Shown: positions 38,337 to 48,167, numbered from the stretch's first letter. The stretch is DNA of 64,000 bases from Promethearchaeia archaeon (GCA_029856105.1 JAHQWH010000015.1:164543-228542); one strand, 5' to 3'. Translations and numbers: made by a program. The notes: generated from the letters alone by a model not told the origin.

Positions 38337-39115
38337 GTATTATCCTCCTTCAACTCTTTTATAAAACTTGCTTCTTTAATTTTTTCTAGCAATTTCACAT
38401 TGTATTCGAAAAAGTTAATCATTTCGGTTACTCTTTTTGAGAGAATATCATAACCCCTCTTATCTTTATATTTATCTAATTCTTGAACCTTACTTTGTAA
38501 AAACTTTATTGCGAGTTCATTAGATTCAGATTTATAGGATCCAATATTAGAAGCAATATCAGCCATATTAACACCTAAAGCGTAGATATATTCGCGTGCT
38601 CCTTCTAAAGGTTCTTTTTTTATTGCAGGAACACTCGATAATACTTTTAAAGTCTGAGAGATAGCCCCCTTTGAAAATCCTGTTAATTCTTTAAGTTGTG
38701 TCTGAGTTAGGTTTTCATGAAGTAGTAAATAGCCTATTATTGAACCAAAAACAGCATTTTGACCCTTAACTTTACCGGCATCTACCAGAATTTCTATTAA
38801 TCTCTTTTCATAAACTCTAACTTTCCCTTCATATATGTGTGATTTACTTTTTAAATGTTGAGTATAACAAAGATCAAATGTTTCTTCCATTGCTTTCCAT
38901 AAGGTGTTAGCTTCGTCATCGTCAACATCGAGTTCTTTAATATTTCTTTTTAATTGATGTAACGAATCATTGTCCCATAGTGGATTAGTGAGGAAATCTT
39001 TAATTTTTTCTTTTAGGTAATTAATATTTCTACCCTTATTTTGTCTCAAATATTCTTGAGTTATGGTCTCCGTTAATTCTAAAATATATCTAAATTTTTC
39101 TGAATTAGTTTGCAT
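38333..39115 (-). CDS. GbsR/MarR-like wHTH regulator with about 90-aa N-terminal extension (first of pair)
   Basis: YEGKVRVYEK...GYLLLHENLTQTQLKELTGFSKGAISQTL; 4-bp overlap with the next gene. Confidence 0.78.
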   Translation of the reverse strand: MQTNSEKFRYILELTETITQEYLRQNKGRNINYLKEKIKDFLTNPLWDNDSLHQLKRNIKELDVDDDEANTLWKAMEETFDLCYTQHLKSKSHIYEGKVRVYEKRLIEILVDAGKVKGQNAVFGSIIGYLLLHENLTQTQLKELTGFSKGAISQTLKVLSSVPAIKKEPLEGAREYIYALGVNMADIASNIGSYKSESNELAIKFLQSKVQELDKYKDKRGYDILSKRVTEMINFFEYNVKLLEKIKEASFIKELKEDNT

Positions 39116-39191
39116 TGATAGGGGGTATGAAATCTAGCCACTTTAATTTATATTCCTTACATATAACATGGGATTACTTGTTTTTAAGTGT

Positions 39192-39239
39192 TTTCAAATT
39201 ACATGAATTTTGAGGATTTCATTTTCACTAAAAATGAAA
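39192..39239. promoter_or_regulatory. operator C: two TTTCA-N7-TGAA(T/A) units
   Basis: TTTCA AATTACA TGAAT (39192) and TTTCA CTAAAAA TGAAA (39223); TTATATA at 39245. Confidence 0.6.
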
Positions 39240-39309
39240 ATGCTTATATATGCAAAAAAATATTAGTATTATAATAAGGAAAGATTTTTCAAAAAATGTG
39301 AAAAATAAA

Positions 39310-40266
39310 ATGAACGCGATCGAAATTAAAGATTTAAAAAAATATTATAACAAAGGAAAAATCAAAGCAGTTGACGGAATTTCGCTTAAAGTTCCAAAAG
39401 GAGCAAGATTTGGATTTTTGGGACCAAATGGTGCAGGAAAAACAACAACTATTAGATGCATTTTGGGTTTTCTTAATCCCGATAGTGGAATAACTATGAT
39501 CAATGGCGAAGAAATTAACCCAAAAAAAGATGTTAAAATTCGGAACCAAATTGGATACTTACCAGGAGAACTTGGTCTTTATAGATATATGACTGCAGAT
39601 CAATTGATTAAATATTTTGCTAAACTATTTGACATCGAAATCGACTGGAAATTTATTAGAGATGTCACGGAGAGACTTGAAATTGAAATGGATAGGAAAA
39701 TGGGCGTGCTCAGTAAAGGAAACAAACAGAAAGTAGGCGTTTTAACCGCCTTAATGGGTAAATTTGATATATTAATTATGGATGAACCCACTTCTGGTCT
39801 TGATCCTTTAATGCAATCGGAATTTTATAGGATAATTGCTGAGCGCCAAGAAGAATCTAATTGCACTGTGTTTGTATCAAGTCATGTGCTTCCTGAAATT
39901 GAAAAATTTTGCGATAATGTTGCAATTATTAAAAATGGCAAAATTGTAGAAGTTTCCAGTGTTCAAGAGCTTAAAAAAAAAAGTCTAAAACGAATTGAAC
40001 TAGATTTCGAAAACAATAAAAGTTTAGCGGAATTTAATTCATTTCTTTTGTCAGATTTCCCTGAAGCTATTGTAAAACAAAATTACCAAGAAAGAATTGA
40101 ATTTTTACTCCCTTACAACCAGTCTCGCGATATATTACACTATATAAGTAAAAATAAATGGGCGGGAATGTCTATTAAAGACTTTAACATTACTCACTCA
40201 ACTTTGGATAATATATTTCTCGAATATTATAAGGATTCTAATTCTAAAGGAGGTGGAGTTGTTTGA
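39310..40266 (+). CDS. ABC transporter ATP-binding protein (paralog of 36748-37719)
   Basis: GPNGAGKTT, LSKGNKQK, DEPTSGLDP, SSH; ORF-track start is 39250. Confidence 0.94.
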   Translation: MNAIEIKDLKKYYNKGKIKAVDGISLKVPKGARFGFLGPNGAGKTTTIRCILGFLNPDSGITMINGEEINPKKDVKIRNQIGYLPGELGLYRYMTADQLIKYFAKLFDIEIDWKFIRDVTERLEIEMDRKMGVLSKGNKQKVGVLTALMGKFDILIMDEPTSGLDPLMQSEFYRIIAERQEESNCTVFVSSHVLPEIEKFCDNVAIIKNGKIVEVSSVQELKKKSLKRIELDFENNKSLAEFNSFLLSDFPEAIVKQNYQERIEFLLPYNQSRDILHYISKNKWAGMSIKDFNITHSTLDNIFLEYYKDSNSKGGGVV

Positions 40267-41078
40267 AGTTAATTCAAACTACTATAAAGGAAATAAGGTA
40301 CAATATTAAAGCTATTATAATACTGGCACTATGTTTTGGATTATTCTTTTTAGCATTTATGGCTATGTATGATCCTACTCTCTTTGAAGATATGGAAGCA
40401 TTACTTGAGAGTTATCCTGAAGCAATTGTACAAATGGTGGGTGACTATGTTGCATTATCTACATTTGGAGGGTTTATAAATGTTTACCTTTTCTCAATGA
40501 CTTGGTTTTATTTTGGTTTTTATTTCATCATAAAAACAGCGCAAGATATACCAAAAGAAATCGAAGATAAAACGATTGATATTATTTTATCAAAACCTAT
40601 AAAGCGTTGGAAATTTGTAATAGGTAAATATATACGACATATCATAACCGCTTTTATTGTTGTTGCCTTTTCAAGTTTTGGAGTTCTTATTGGTGTTTTC
40701 GCCTTTCCAACCATAATTCCTAGCGAAGTATACTTTAACGAGATATATACGGCTTTCTTTTGGCTTTTTGTATTTTTAGTTGCTTTGATTAGTACATCGT
40801 TATTCTTTTCGACATTTCTCCAATCCAAGCGAGCACTTACTTTAAGCTTTGCTTTTGTAACATTTTTTTACATTGTAGGAATATTTTGGGAAGCATTTCC
40901 AGAAGCAATACAGGGTATGAGATTTGTTAGTATCTTTTACTATTTTGAAACATCTAATCTACTCGTAAATCATGTGTGGGATAATGTCTTCCTAAACATT
41001 TTAATTCTAACGGGATATTCAGCTTGTATGGTAGGTTTATCAGTGCTTATTTTTAATAAGCGAGATATTCCCGTTTAA
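40263..41078 (+). CDS. ABC-2 type exporter permease (paralog of 35929-36747)
   Basis: EIEDKTIDIILSKPIKR, FNKRDIPV. Confidence 0.88.
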   Translation: MKLIQTTIKEIRYNIKAIIILALCFGLFFLAFMAMYDPTLFEDMEALLESYPEAIVQMVGDYVALSTFGGFINVYLFSMTWFYFGFYFIIKTAQDIPKEIEDKTIDIILSKPIKRWKFVIGKYIRHIITAFIVVAFSSFGVLIGVFAFPTIIPSEVYFNEIYTAFFWLFVFLVALISTSLFFSTFLQSKRALTLSFAFVTFFYIVGIFWEAFPEAIQGMRFVSIFYYFETSNLLVNHVWDNVFLNILILTGYSACMVGLSVLIFNKRDIPV

Positions 41079-41084
41079 TTTTTT

Positions 41085-41603
41085 TTATTTTATTTCCAGA
41101 CTATCAGCAAATTTTTCATATAGTTTAATCGCTGGTATATAGAAATTTATAACATTCATAATATTATTGTAGCCGTTCATTGTTTCTAGTTTACTACGCT
41201 TATTTTCCATTTCATTTTTCATTTTTTCGAGTTCACCTTCCCATTTTAACATAACAGTGATAATATTCTTAACTCTAGTGTTAGAAATTTGTTCAACCGA
41301 TTCAAATGTATATACTTTTTTACGAATACTAGGGATTTTTTTTCTAATGATCATTCCGGAGTCTACAAGGTTATTTAATTCTTGCGAGATTTTCCCAGAG
41401 GAATAACCAGTGAGATTTTTGAGGAGATTTTGGGAAATTTCTTTTCTTAATATTATGTAGATCAATATTCTTGAAGTAATTTCATTTCTAGTAGAATATA
41501 ATGGAGATTTAATTAAGTAATCAACGATTTCTTTCTCAATTTTCCTAACATTTAGATCATAAGGATCTTCGTCATCCAATTCGTCATACACTCCCTTTTT
41601 CAA
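41085..41603 (-). CDS. GbsR/MarR-like wHTH regulator (second of pair)
   Basis: IYIILRKEISQNLLKNLTGYSSGKISQELN. Confidence 0.8.
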   Translation of the reverse strand: MKKGVYDELDDEDPYDLNVRKIEKEIVDYLIKSPLYSTRNEITSRILIYIILRKEISQNLLKNLTGYSSGKISQELNNLVDSGMIIRKKIPSIRKKVYTFESVEQISNTRVKNIITVMLKWEGELEKMKNEMENKRSKLETMNGYNNIMNVINFYIPAIKLYEKFADSLEIK

Positions 41604-41606
41604 TCA

Positions 41607-42122
41607 CTATTCTCCGCTAAATGTTTCACTCATAGAAGAAGCAATATTCAAAACCTTGTTAAACCCATCCAATAACACATTAATTTGAGTGTGAAGATTA
41701 AGATATCCTTCCTTATTCCTAAATTCATCCAGTTCGTTTAATTTATCTTCCAAAAATTTAGAGACTATAGTAAAATGTTCAGATGAAACCTCACTAGTTC
41801 TTTCAATTAGTTGTGGGAGGTTTCCAGTTAGTAAATATTGATATTTATTGCTCATTGCTATTCTCTCTTTTTGTACAACGCCAAGCTTAATTAAATTACT
41901 TAGTGTTGTAGAAATTGTACCTGTAGAATAGCCAGTCAACTCTTTCAAATTAGATTGAGTAAGTTTATTGTGAATCATTAAATATCCAAGAATCTCTTGA
42001 ATTTTTGAAGGGGTATCCTTGTTTTTACCAATATCTATAAAGAATTTGATAAGCGTTTTTTCGTACTCTTTGATTTTTCCTCTAAATCTAAAATCGTGAT
42101 CTTGTGATAGATTTGAATTCAT
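41607..42122 (-). CDS. GbsR/MarR-like wHTH regulator (first of pair)
   Basis: FRGKIKEYEK...GYLMIHNKLTQSNLKELTGYSTGTISTTL. Confidence 0.8.
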   Translation of the reverse strand: MNSNLSQDHDFRFRGKIKEYEKTLIKFFIDIGKNKDTPSKIQEILGYLMIHNKLTQSNLKELTGYSTGTISTTLSNLIKLGVVQKERIAMSNKYQYLLTGNLPQLIERTSEVSSEHFTIVSKFLEDKLNELDEFRNKEGYLNLHTQINVLLDGFNKVLNIASSMSETFSGE

Positions 42123-42154
42123 TAGTTCTATATAGTTTTTAAGATTTTTAAACT

Positions 42155-42188
42155 TTTCATATTGAGTGAAATTTCATAAAATATGAGA
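42155..42188. promoter_or_regulatory. tandem operator D
   Basis: TTTCA TATTGAG TGAAA TTTCA TAAAATA TGAGA; TTTAAATA at 42193. Confidence 0.7.
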
Positions 42189-42227
42189 AACCTTTAAATA
42201 TGTAGTTTATTATTTATATTATAGATA

Positions 42228-42261
42228 CTTCAAAACTCATGAAAGTTCATGAGAATTGAGG
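42228..42261. promoter_or_regulatory. tandem operator E
   Basis: CTTCA AAACTCA TGAAA GTTCA TGAGAAT TGAGG. Confidence 0.62.
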
Positions 42262-42301
42262 AAATAAAAATATAAAGAAAAGAAAAAGGAGTGAAAAGAA
42301 A

Positions 42302-42547
42302 GTGATCTCAGAAGAAAAATTTAAAAATTATGAAGAAGGTTTTTATTTTGAAGGACCTGAAACGATAGAGAAGGAAAAAAAAGTCAAAAAGATTTTTAAC
42401 CACGGACACATATATGATATTTTTCCAACCTATGATCTTCAAGATGAAAAACTGACTCAAGATATATTAGAAGTTTATAAAATTCTGTTCTGGGGAATAT
42501 CTGCTTTAGTTTCCACACTCCTTTGGTTGTATTTTTTTCTCACCTAG
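42302..42547 (+). CDS. small hypothetical protein with C-terminal TM helix
   Basis: GGAGTGA RBS, GTG start, hydrophobic C-terminus. Confidence 0.6.
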   Translation: MISEEKFKNYEEGFYFEGPETIEKEKKVKKIFNHGHIYDIFPTYDLQDEKLTQDILEVYKILFWGISALVSTLLWLYFFLT

Positions 42548-42600
42548 TTTTCGAGCTACAAATACAAAGGATTAGGGTTGAAAAAGGAGCGGTAAAAAAT

Positions 42601-43743
42601 ATGGTTGACGGTTCGGCAAGATGGAAAAATTCTAATGGTCATAATTATTTAGAAATTTATGCTCCAAATCATTATCAATTAGGTACGTTAGAAGGATATC
42701 ATCTTTCAAAACAAATTAAGAGCTTTAAAAAGGTAATAAAATTTTTAAGCCTAACTTTTAACTCGAAAGACTATTCGTATAAGAAACTAATTAAATTATC
42801 AAAAGATTATGAACCATTCATTCCCGATCGTTTACACTTAGAAATGGAAGGAATGGCAGATTCAGTTAATCAAATATCATTTGATGATATTTTACTACAA
42901 AACTGTTTCCTTGATATATTCTATGGGATACTTATTCCAAAGTTTTCAAATTCCAGTGCTCTTAAAAATTTCGAGATAGGATGTACCTCGTTTGGAGTGC
43001 GTAATAAAAGAAGGACATTAATTGCTCAGAATTTTGATTTTCCTTTTTTCTTTAAACCTTCTGTTGCCTTTGTTTATGTTCATATTCCAGGATATCCTAG
43101 TATATTTTCATTACGTCTAGGTGCTCTACTGACTCTTCCAATGGGTGTAAATAGTTTTGGAGTATCTGTTAGAATTAATGCGATTAAGAGTATTCGCCAA
43201 GGTGGAATCTCTATTCCAAGTTCTATAAGAGTACGTGAAGGCTTAGAAAAAGCTAAAACAGCCCAGGCATTTTTAAACTATATAACGCGTAGAGATTGTA
43301 CTGCTAGCTGTAATTTACTTATCTCAGACCTTTCTAATGTATTCTCTTTAGAAGTAATACCTTATAGATATGAAAAGAGGGAGATTAATGAGTGCGTTAC
43401 AAAGAGTAATACTTTCATCTCAGAATCCCTTCAATTAAGCCTTATTGATCCTAAGTATTCGAAAAAAAGACAAAAATACGCAGATAGAAGAATCAAGAGC
43501 GCATATGAGAAATCAGGTGGGCAATTAAATGAAAAGAGTCTTTTGAGTATTCTTAAAGATTACCCCATTATTTGCAGACGTAATTTTCTTAAACCAATGA
43601 CCTTAGCTTACTTAACGGATCACTATTTTGGGATAGGGAATCCAAGAAGTAATCCATCTGGCTTAGTTCCCATATTTAATTCTAAATACTCCAATTATTT
43701 CGAACTAAAATCAAACCCCGGAAATTATAGTTGCCATGTATAA
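42601..43743 (+). CDS. peptidase C45 / acyl-CoA:6-APA acyltransferase-like Ntn hydrolase
   Basis: EMEGMAD, GCTSFG (Cys nucleophile), AQNFD, GVNSFGV; ATG 42601 after GGAG (ORF-track start is 42523). Confidence 0.82.
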   Translation: MVDGSARWKNSNGHNYLEIYAPNHYQLGTLEGYHLSKQIKSFKKVIKFLSLTFNSKDYSYKKLIKLSKDYEPFIPDRLHLEMEGMADSVNQISFDDILLQNCFLDIFYGILIPKFSNSSALKNFEIGCTSFGVRNKRRTLIAQNFDFPFFFKPSVAFVYVHIPGYPSIFSLRLGALLTLPMGVNSFGVSVRINAIKSIRQGGISIPSSIRVREGLEKAKTAQAFLNYITRRDCTASCNLLISDLSNVFSLEVIPYRYEKREINECVTKSNTFISESLQLSLIDPKYSKKRQKYADRRIKSAYEKSGGQLNEKSLLSILKDYPIICRRNFLKPMTLAYLTDHYFGIGNPRSNPSGLVPIFNSKYSNYFELKSNPGNYSCHV

Positions 43744-43778
43744 AACAATACAAGAAGATGGTTGAATTCATTAATAAA

Positions 43779-44558
43779 TTATTCTGTTTCAGTAATTGTT
43801 GGGTCAAGATAAGGAGTTTCAGAAAAAAGAATCTTGGTTTCTTTCTTTTTCAATTCTTCTAATAATGCTTCCTCGGTAAATTCTTTAAGGTTTAACAACG
43901 TCCAACCGTGAACGCCCCCACTTAATAATCCATCTGGCTTATGCATATCTGTACCAGTAAGCATTCCAATTTCTCCCTTATGTTCCATGCAAAAATCGTA
44001 GGATTCTTGATCGAAGACATTTTCCGGTTGAGAATCATCGTTAACAATCTCGATATAATCAATTCCCCAATCCAATAGGGTTTCCCGGGTTGGATGATTT
44101 TTATATTTAGCTTCGTTTACACTCCATGGGATATGATTACAGACAACTATGCCCCCTTGATCGTGAACCTTGTTAATTGCGTCAATAATCTTTTCATCTT
44201 TAGGTTTATAAGATACTCTTGTATCCCACTTTGAGACACCTAAGAAATTTAAATGAATCCTCGTAGTTGTCCATTCAATGCCACTAGTTATAAGAATACC
44301 TTTTTCAATATATTCTTCTTTAACTTTATCAATTTTTTCTAAATGCCGCATATTGTTATGATCAGTAATAGTCAATGCGTTGAAACCCATAGCTATATGC
44401 CATTCAACATTTTGTTTAATTGTAAGTACTCCGTCACTGAAGTATGTGTGAGAATGATGATCGTAAATCAAATTATAAGCCTTCTTATCATATACAGGGG
44501 GTATATGAGGTGTAACTTTTTTCCAATCATCATCAGAATAAGCGCTTGATCGAGGCAT
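43779..44558 (-). CDS. PHP-domain metallophosphoesterase
   Basis: DHHSHT.FSDG, ITDHN, GIEWT, NH, GTDMH. Confidence 0.88.
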   Translation of the reverse strand: MPRSSAYSDDDWKKVTPHIPPVYDKKAYNLIYDHHSHTYFSDGVLTIKQNVEWHIAMGFNALTITDHNNMRHLEKIDKVKEEYIEKGILITSGIEWTTTRIHLNFLGVSKWDTRVSYKPKDEKIIDAINKVHDQGGIVVCNHIPWSVNEAKYKNHPTRETLLDWGIDYIEIVNDDSQPENVFDQESYDFCMEHKGEIGMLTGTDMHKPDGLLSGGVHGWTLLNLKEFTEEALLEELKKKETKILFSETPYLDPTITETE

Positions 44559-44573
44559 AATTGCGTTTGTGTC

Positions 44574-45362
44574 TCATTTATATTTTCTATTATAGATTTC
44601 TTTCACAAAATAAGATGCTACATTCTCCGAAAATGTATTAGGTCCAAAACCCGCATCAAAACCTAATTCTTTCGCAAGTTCATTCGAAATTCTTGGACCA
44701 CCACAGACTAAAATGATTTTATCTCTTATATCTTCAGCTTCCAGTAGATCGACTAGATTAGTTAAATTTCTTACATGGATATCCTTCTGCGTTACAGTTT
44801 GAGAAACAAGAAGTACGTCAGCTTTTAGTTCTATTGCTTTTTTTACGAATTCTTCATTTGTTACCTGACTTCCAAAATTATATGCTTCAATCATTTCATA
44901 TCGCTCTAGGCCGTAATGACCTGCAAATCCCTTCATGTTCATAATTGCATCGATTCCTACAGTATGTGCGTCTGTTCCAGTCGTAGCGCCAATAACAACC
45001 AATTTTCGTTTTATTAGTGTTTTTATATGGTCATTAATTTCTTCCATAGTTAGTGCTTCAATGTCTATGGATTCCACTTTTATTTCTGTATAGTTAATAG
45101 AATGTTTGAAGCTCCCATATAACACGAAATACGTAAAACTCTTATCTAACGATACATGATAAACAACTGAAGGATTTTCTAATCCCATCTTTTTAGCTAT
45201 TTCTAACGCAGCAAAAGTAGCTTTTTCTCCATCATCTACAGGAAGAGTAAAACTAACTTGAATTTTACCGTCATTCATTGTATCTCCATAAGGTTTTATT
45301 CGAGTCAGATCTAAATTCTTATCGAACTCTTGCTTTTCAGTAGAATAATGTCCTCCACCCAT
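44574..45362 (-). CDS. kamE: lysine 5,6-aminomutase beta subunit (B12-binding)
   Basis: KPYGDTMNDGKIQVSFTLP, GTDAHTVGIDAIMNMKG..GHYGLERY, SQTVTQKD. Confidence 0.95.
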   Translation of the reverse strand: MGGGHYSTEKQEFDKNLDLTRIKPYGDTMNDGKIQVSFTLPVDDGEKATFAALEIAKKMGLENPSVVYHVSLDKSFTYFVLYGSFKHSINYTEIKVESIDIEALTMEEINDHIKTLIKRKLVVIGATTGTDAHTVGIDAIMNMKGFAGHYGLERYEMIEAYNFGSQVTNEEFVKKAIELKADVLLVSQTVTQKDIHVRNLTNLVDLLEAEDIRDKIILVCGGPRISNELAKELGFDAGFGPNTFSENVASYFVKEIYNRKYK

Positions 45363-46940
45363 TTATTTTTCGCCTCCCAAGTTTAATTCTATTGACATGT
45401 ATTCTAAGAACGGATTAAAATATTCTTTATCTTTATAAATTACTCCATCCAATCCTTTCCCCCCATCAATCTGTCTTTTGATCCCAGCAAAAATACCTTT
45501 CTCGATGGTCTTAAATAGTCCTTCCTTTTCAATTTTAGTCAGAAGCTCAAGAGATTTCTTCAATACTTCGTTTGCGCGTTGTTGCATTATTCCACCTTCT
45601 TTAAACATGATTTCGTCTCCTAAATCTTTCATATTTTTAAAAATATATTTCGCATTTTCAATGGATAAAGCCCGATCTGACATGAATGGAGTGTGAATTG
45701 CTTCCGTTAACATTCCGAGTAAGTGAATTCTCTGATTTGTAAGAATTGTAATCATGTTGAATAGCGCATCTTGAACGTGACCTTTAAATATATTACCTGT
45801 CATATATTTTGTTGGAGGCATGTATTTCAAAGGAGCGTTTGGAAATATTTCTCGCGCCATTTGTGCCTGAGCAAGTTCGTAAACGAATCCATTTTCCAAC
45901 TCAGGGTTCATTTCAAACGCATGACCTAAACCCATTTGTTCTTCTTTTAACCCCGCTAATTTTGCGAACTGTTCATTTATGAATTGTGATGCTAATACTG
46001 TGTGAGCTGCTTCATATGCATCATCAGTAGTAAGATAATTATCCTCTCCCGTATTAATGATCACTCCAGCAAATGCATTAATCATCCTTGAAAAATATTG
46101 ATCGATTATCGTTCTTTGCATGTTTATATCCCTAAATAAGATTCCATACAGCGCATCGCTTAACATCATATCTAATCTTTCAAATGCTCCCATGGCAGCA
46201 ATTTCTGGCATACAAAGTCCCGAACAGTAGTTAGTGAGTCTAATATATCGACCTTCTTCCTCACTAACCTTATCTAAAGCTGACCTCATGAGATGGAAAT
46301 TTTCTTGTGTTGCATATGTCCCCCCAAATCCTTCAGTTGTGCTACCATAAGGGACATAATCTAATAAACTTTGGCCCGTAGAGCGTATGACAGCTATGAC
46401 ATCGGCGCCTTGTTTTGCAGCTGCTTGAGCTTGGATTATATCTTCAAAAATGTTCCCTGTGGCAACAATTATATAGATTAGAGGTTCAACTTTTTCTCCA
46501 TATTTCTTAATTAATTCTTCTCTTTTTTGTTTGTTTCGTCTAATTATATCTATATTCTTCTGTATAATCGATGTTAATGCTTCTTTTATCTCTGATAAGC
46601 TCCCCCTTGGAAAATCTGTTATGATTAATTGACCTTGACTGATTTTTTCTGCGATATTTTGGGGTGATAAATTTGTGTGTATAACCGCGTTCCCAAGGTA
46701 CAATGCAACACCCCTATTTATTTGCCCTGTTTTTATGATATGATCAACTACAATGTTGGGTAGAGGAACTCCAAATTCATCAGTTCCATCGATCCCTAAT
46801 AATCTACATATTGTCCTCTCAATTGAGGTCGTAGTGTGATTGTCTATAAATTTTTGAGTATCATTAGCAATTATTCTGGCTATGTTTCTGGCTTTTTCGA
46901 CTAATTCAAAATTCAAATTTAGCTTGCTTTTTGTTTTCAA
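45363..46940 (-). CDS. kamD: lysine 5,6-aminomutase alpha subunit
   Basis: IVATGNI, AVIRSTGQSLLDYVPYG, NYCSGLCMPE, INTGEDNY, KYMPPTK, GGKGLDGV. Confidence 0.95.
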   Translation of the reverse strand: MKTKSKLNLNFELVEKARNIARIIANDTQKFIDNHTTTSIERTICRLLGIDGTDEFGVPLPNIVVDHIIKTGQINRGVALYLGNAVIHTNLSPQNIAEKISQGQLIITDFPRGSLSEIKEALTSIIQKNIDIIRRNKQKREELIKKYGEKVEPLIYIIVATGNIFEDIIQAQAAAKQGADVIAVIRSTGQSLLDYVPYGSTTEGFGGTYATQENFHLMRSALDKVSEEEGRYIRLTNYCSGLCMPEIAAMGAFERLDMMLSDALYGILFRDINMQRTIIDQYFSRMINAFAGVIINTGEDNYLTTDDAYEAAHTVLASQFINEQFAKLAGLKEEQMGLGHAFEMNPELENGFVYELAQAQMAREIFPNAPLKYMPPTKYMTGNIFKGHVQDALFNMITILTNQRIHLLGMLTEAIHTPFMSDRALSIENAKYIFKNMKDLGDEIMFKEGGIMQQRANEVLKKSLELLTKIEKEGLFKTIEKGIFAGIKRQIDGGKGLDGVIYKDKEYFNPFLEYMSIELNLGGEK

Positions 46941-47015
46941 TGTTATTATAACCTCTAAAGGAAATTAACTTTTTTAAAATTTATAATTCATTTAGTAATT
47001 CAAACAAATAATACT

Positions 47016-48053
47016 TTAGTATTTACTCGGTCCAAGATCATAAATCGGGATAGTGACTCCTCTTTTTAATTCGTTTAAGAACTTAGATTTATCAAATTTA
47101 TAACCTAAAGGCGAAGTTGGATTGATTGTGACGACAATAATTTTAATTTTATTTAAAACTTTTATGACTCCACCTTTTTTAGAATATTTTTCAAATGTTG
47201 TTTTATTTAAAAACAATTTTGTTGCATCAGGGACCAAAATTTTAATATTTCTATAAAGATCTGATTTTTTCATAAACTCCTCAAGGAATTTATCAGTGAC
47301 TGCTCCGCTAATTACAAGAACTTTAGATTTATTAGTCATAAAATTTAAGATTTCGTCTACAGAATCCAAAGCTGTTAATAGTTCTAACATTTTAACTGAA
47401 TGATCTTCATTAATAATTCCAATTTTAGCCTTGGTTATGATATTTTTTGCTAAATTAATTATTTGAATATTTTCTTCATTTTCTAGAGATATTAAATTCA
47501 TTGCATGATGTGTTATATCAATAACTTCTTGTATTTTCTTAGATACAGAGGCTCCAGTAGAAAGAATTGTCGCTTCCGATACAAGAGGTGAAGCATAAGA
47601 TCTACGATCAAATGCTCCATCAATTAGTATCAAATTACTACCTAAATTTAATAATTCTTTACATACAAATGTTAATTCTGAGTTAATAGAAGGTCCTGCC
47701 AATTCAATATAGCCATTTGATATAACTCTTGCAATAACGATTTCTCCCATTGGAGTGTTGATTCCAGTTTTCTTTATGATCTCAATTTTAGCTTCACTGT
47801 TTTGAATACTGCGAGCAGCTGTAGCCATTAATACCCCTGATTCAACAAATATGCGAGGTTTAGGTAAAGTCGTGATAGCGTCATATTTTTCACCATCTCG
47901 CCCAATAGATGTAAGTCCTAAGATATAATTTCCTTTTAAAGTTTGAATAATGTGATTTAATGTAGTAGTTTTACTAACATTCTTAGCAAGTCCTATAATT
48001 GAGATTATTTTATAATCCTTTATTTTTTCTTGTATGAAATTAGCAAATTCCAT
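47016..48053 (-). CDS. kamB: KamB-like subunit of lysine 5,6-aminomutase reactivase
   Basis: ISIIGLAKNVSKTT, GLTSIGRDGE..D, TPMGEI, IDGAFDR, position between kamA and kamD. Confidence 0.75.
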   Translation of the reverse strand: MEFANFIQEKIKDYKIISIIGLAKNVSKTTTLNHIIQTLKGNYILGLTSIGRDGEKYDAITTLPKPRIFVESGVLMATAARSIQNSEAKIEIIKKTGINTPMGEIVIARVISNGYIELAGPSINSELTFVCKELLNLGSNLILIDGAFDRRSYASPLVSEATILSTGASVSKKIQEVIDITHHAMNLISLENEENIQIINLAKNIITKAKIGIINEDHSVKMLELLTALDSVDEILNFMTNKSKVLVISGAVTDKFLEEFMKKSDLYRNIKILVPDATKLFLNKTTFEKYSKKGGVIKVLNKIKIIVVTINPTSPLGYKFDKSKFLNELKRGVTIPIYDLGPSKY

Positions 48054-48167
48054 TTTAATGAGAGTATTAAATGTATTTATATGATTTAATAAGAAGGAAT
48101 AATAAATTAAGATAACTTTAATTATCTACTAAATAATTCATCATTTCTTATTCTAAATAAAAGATAT

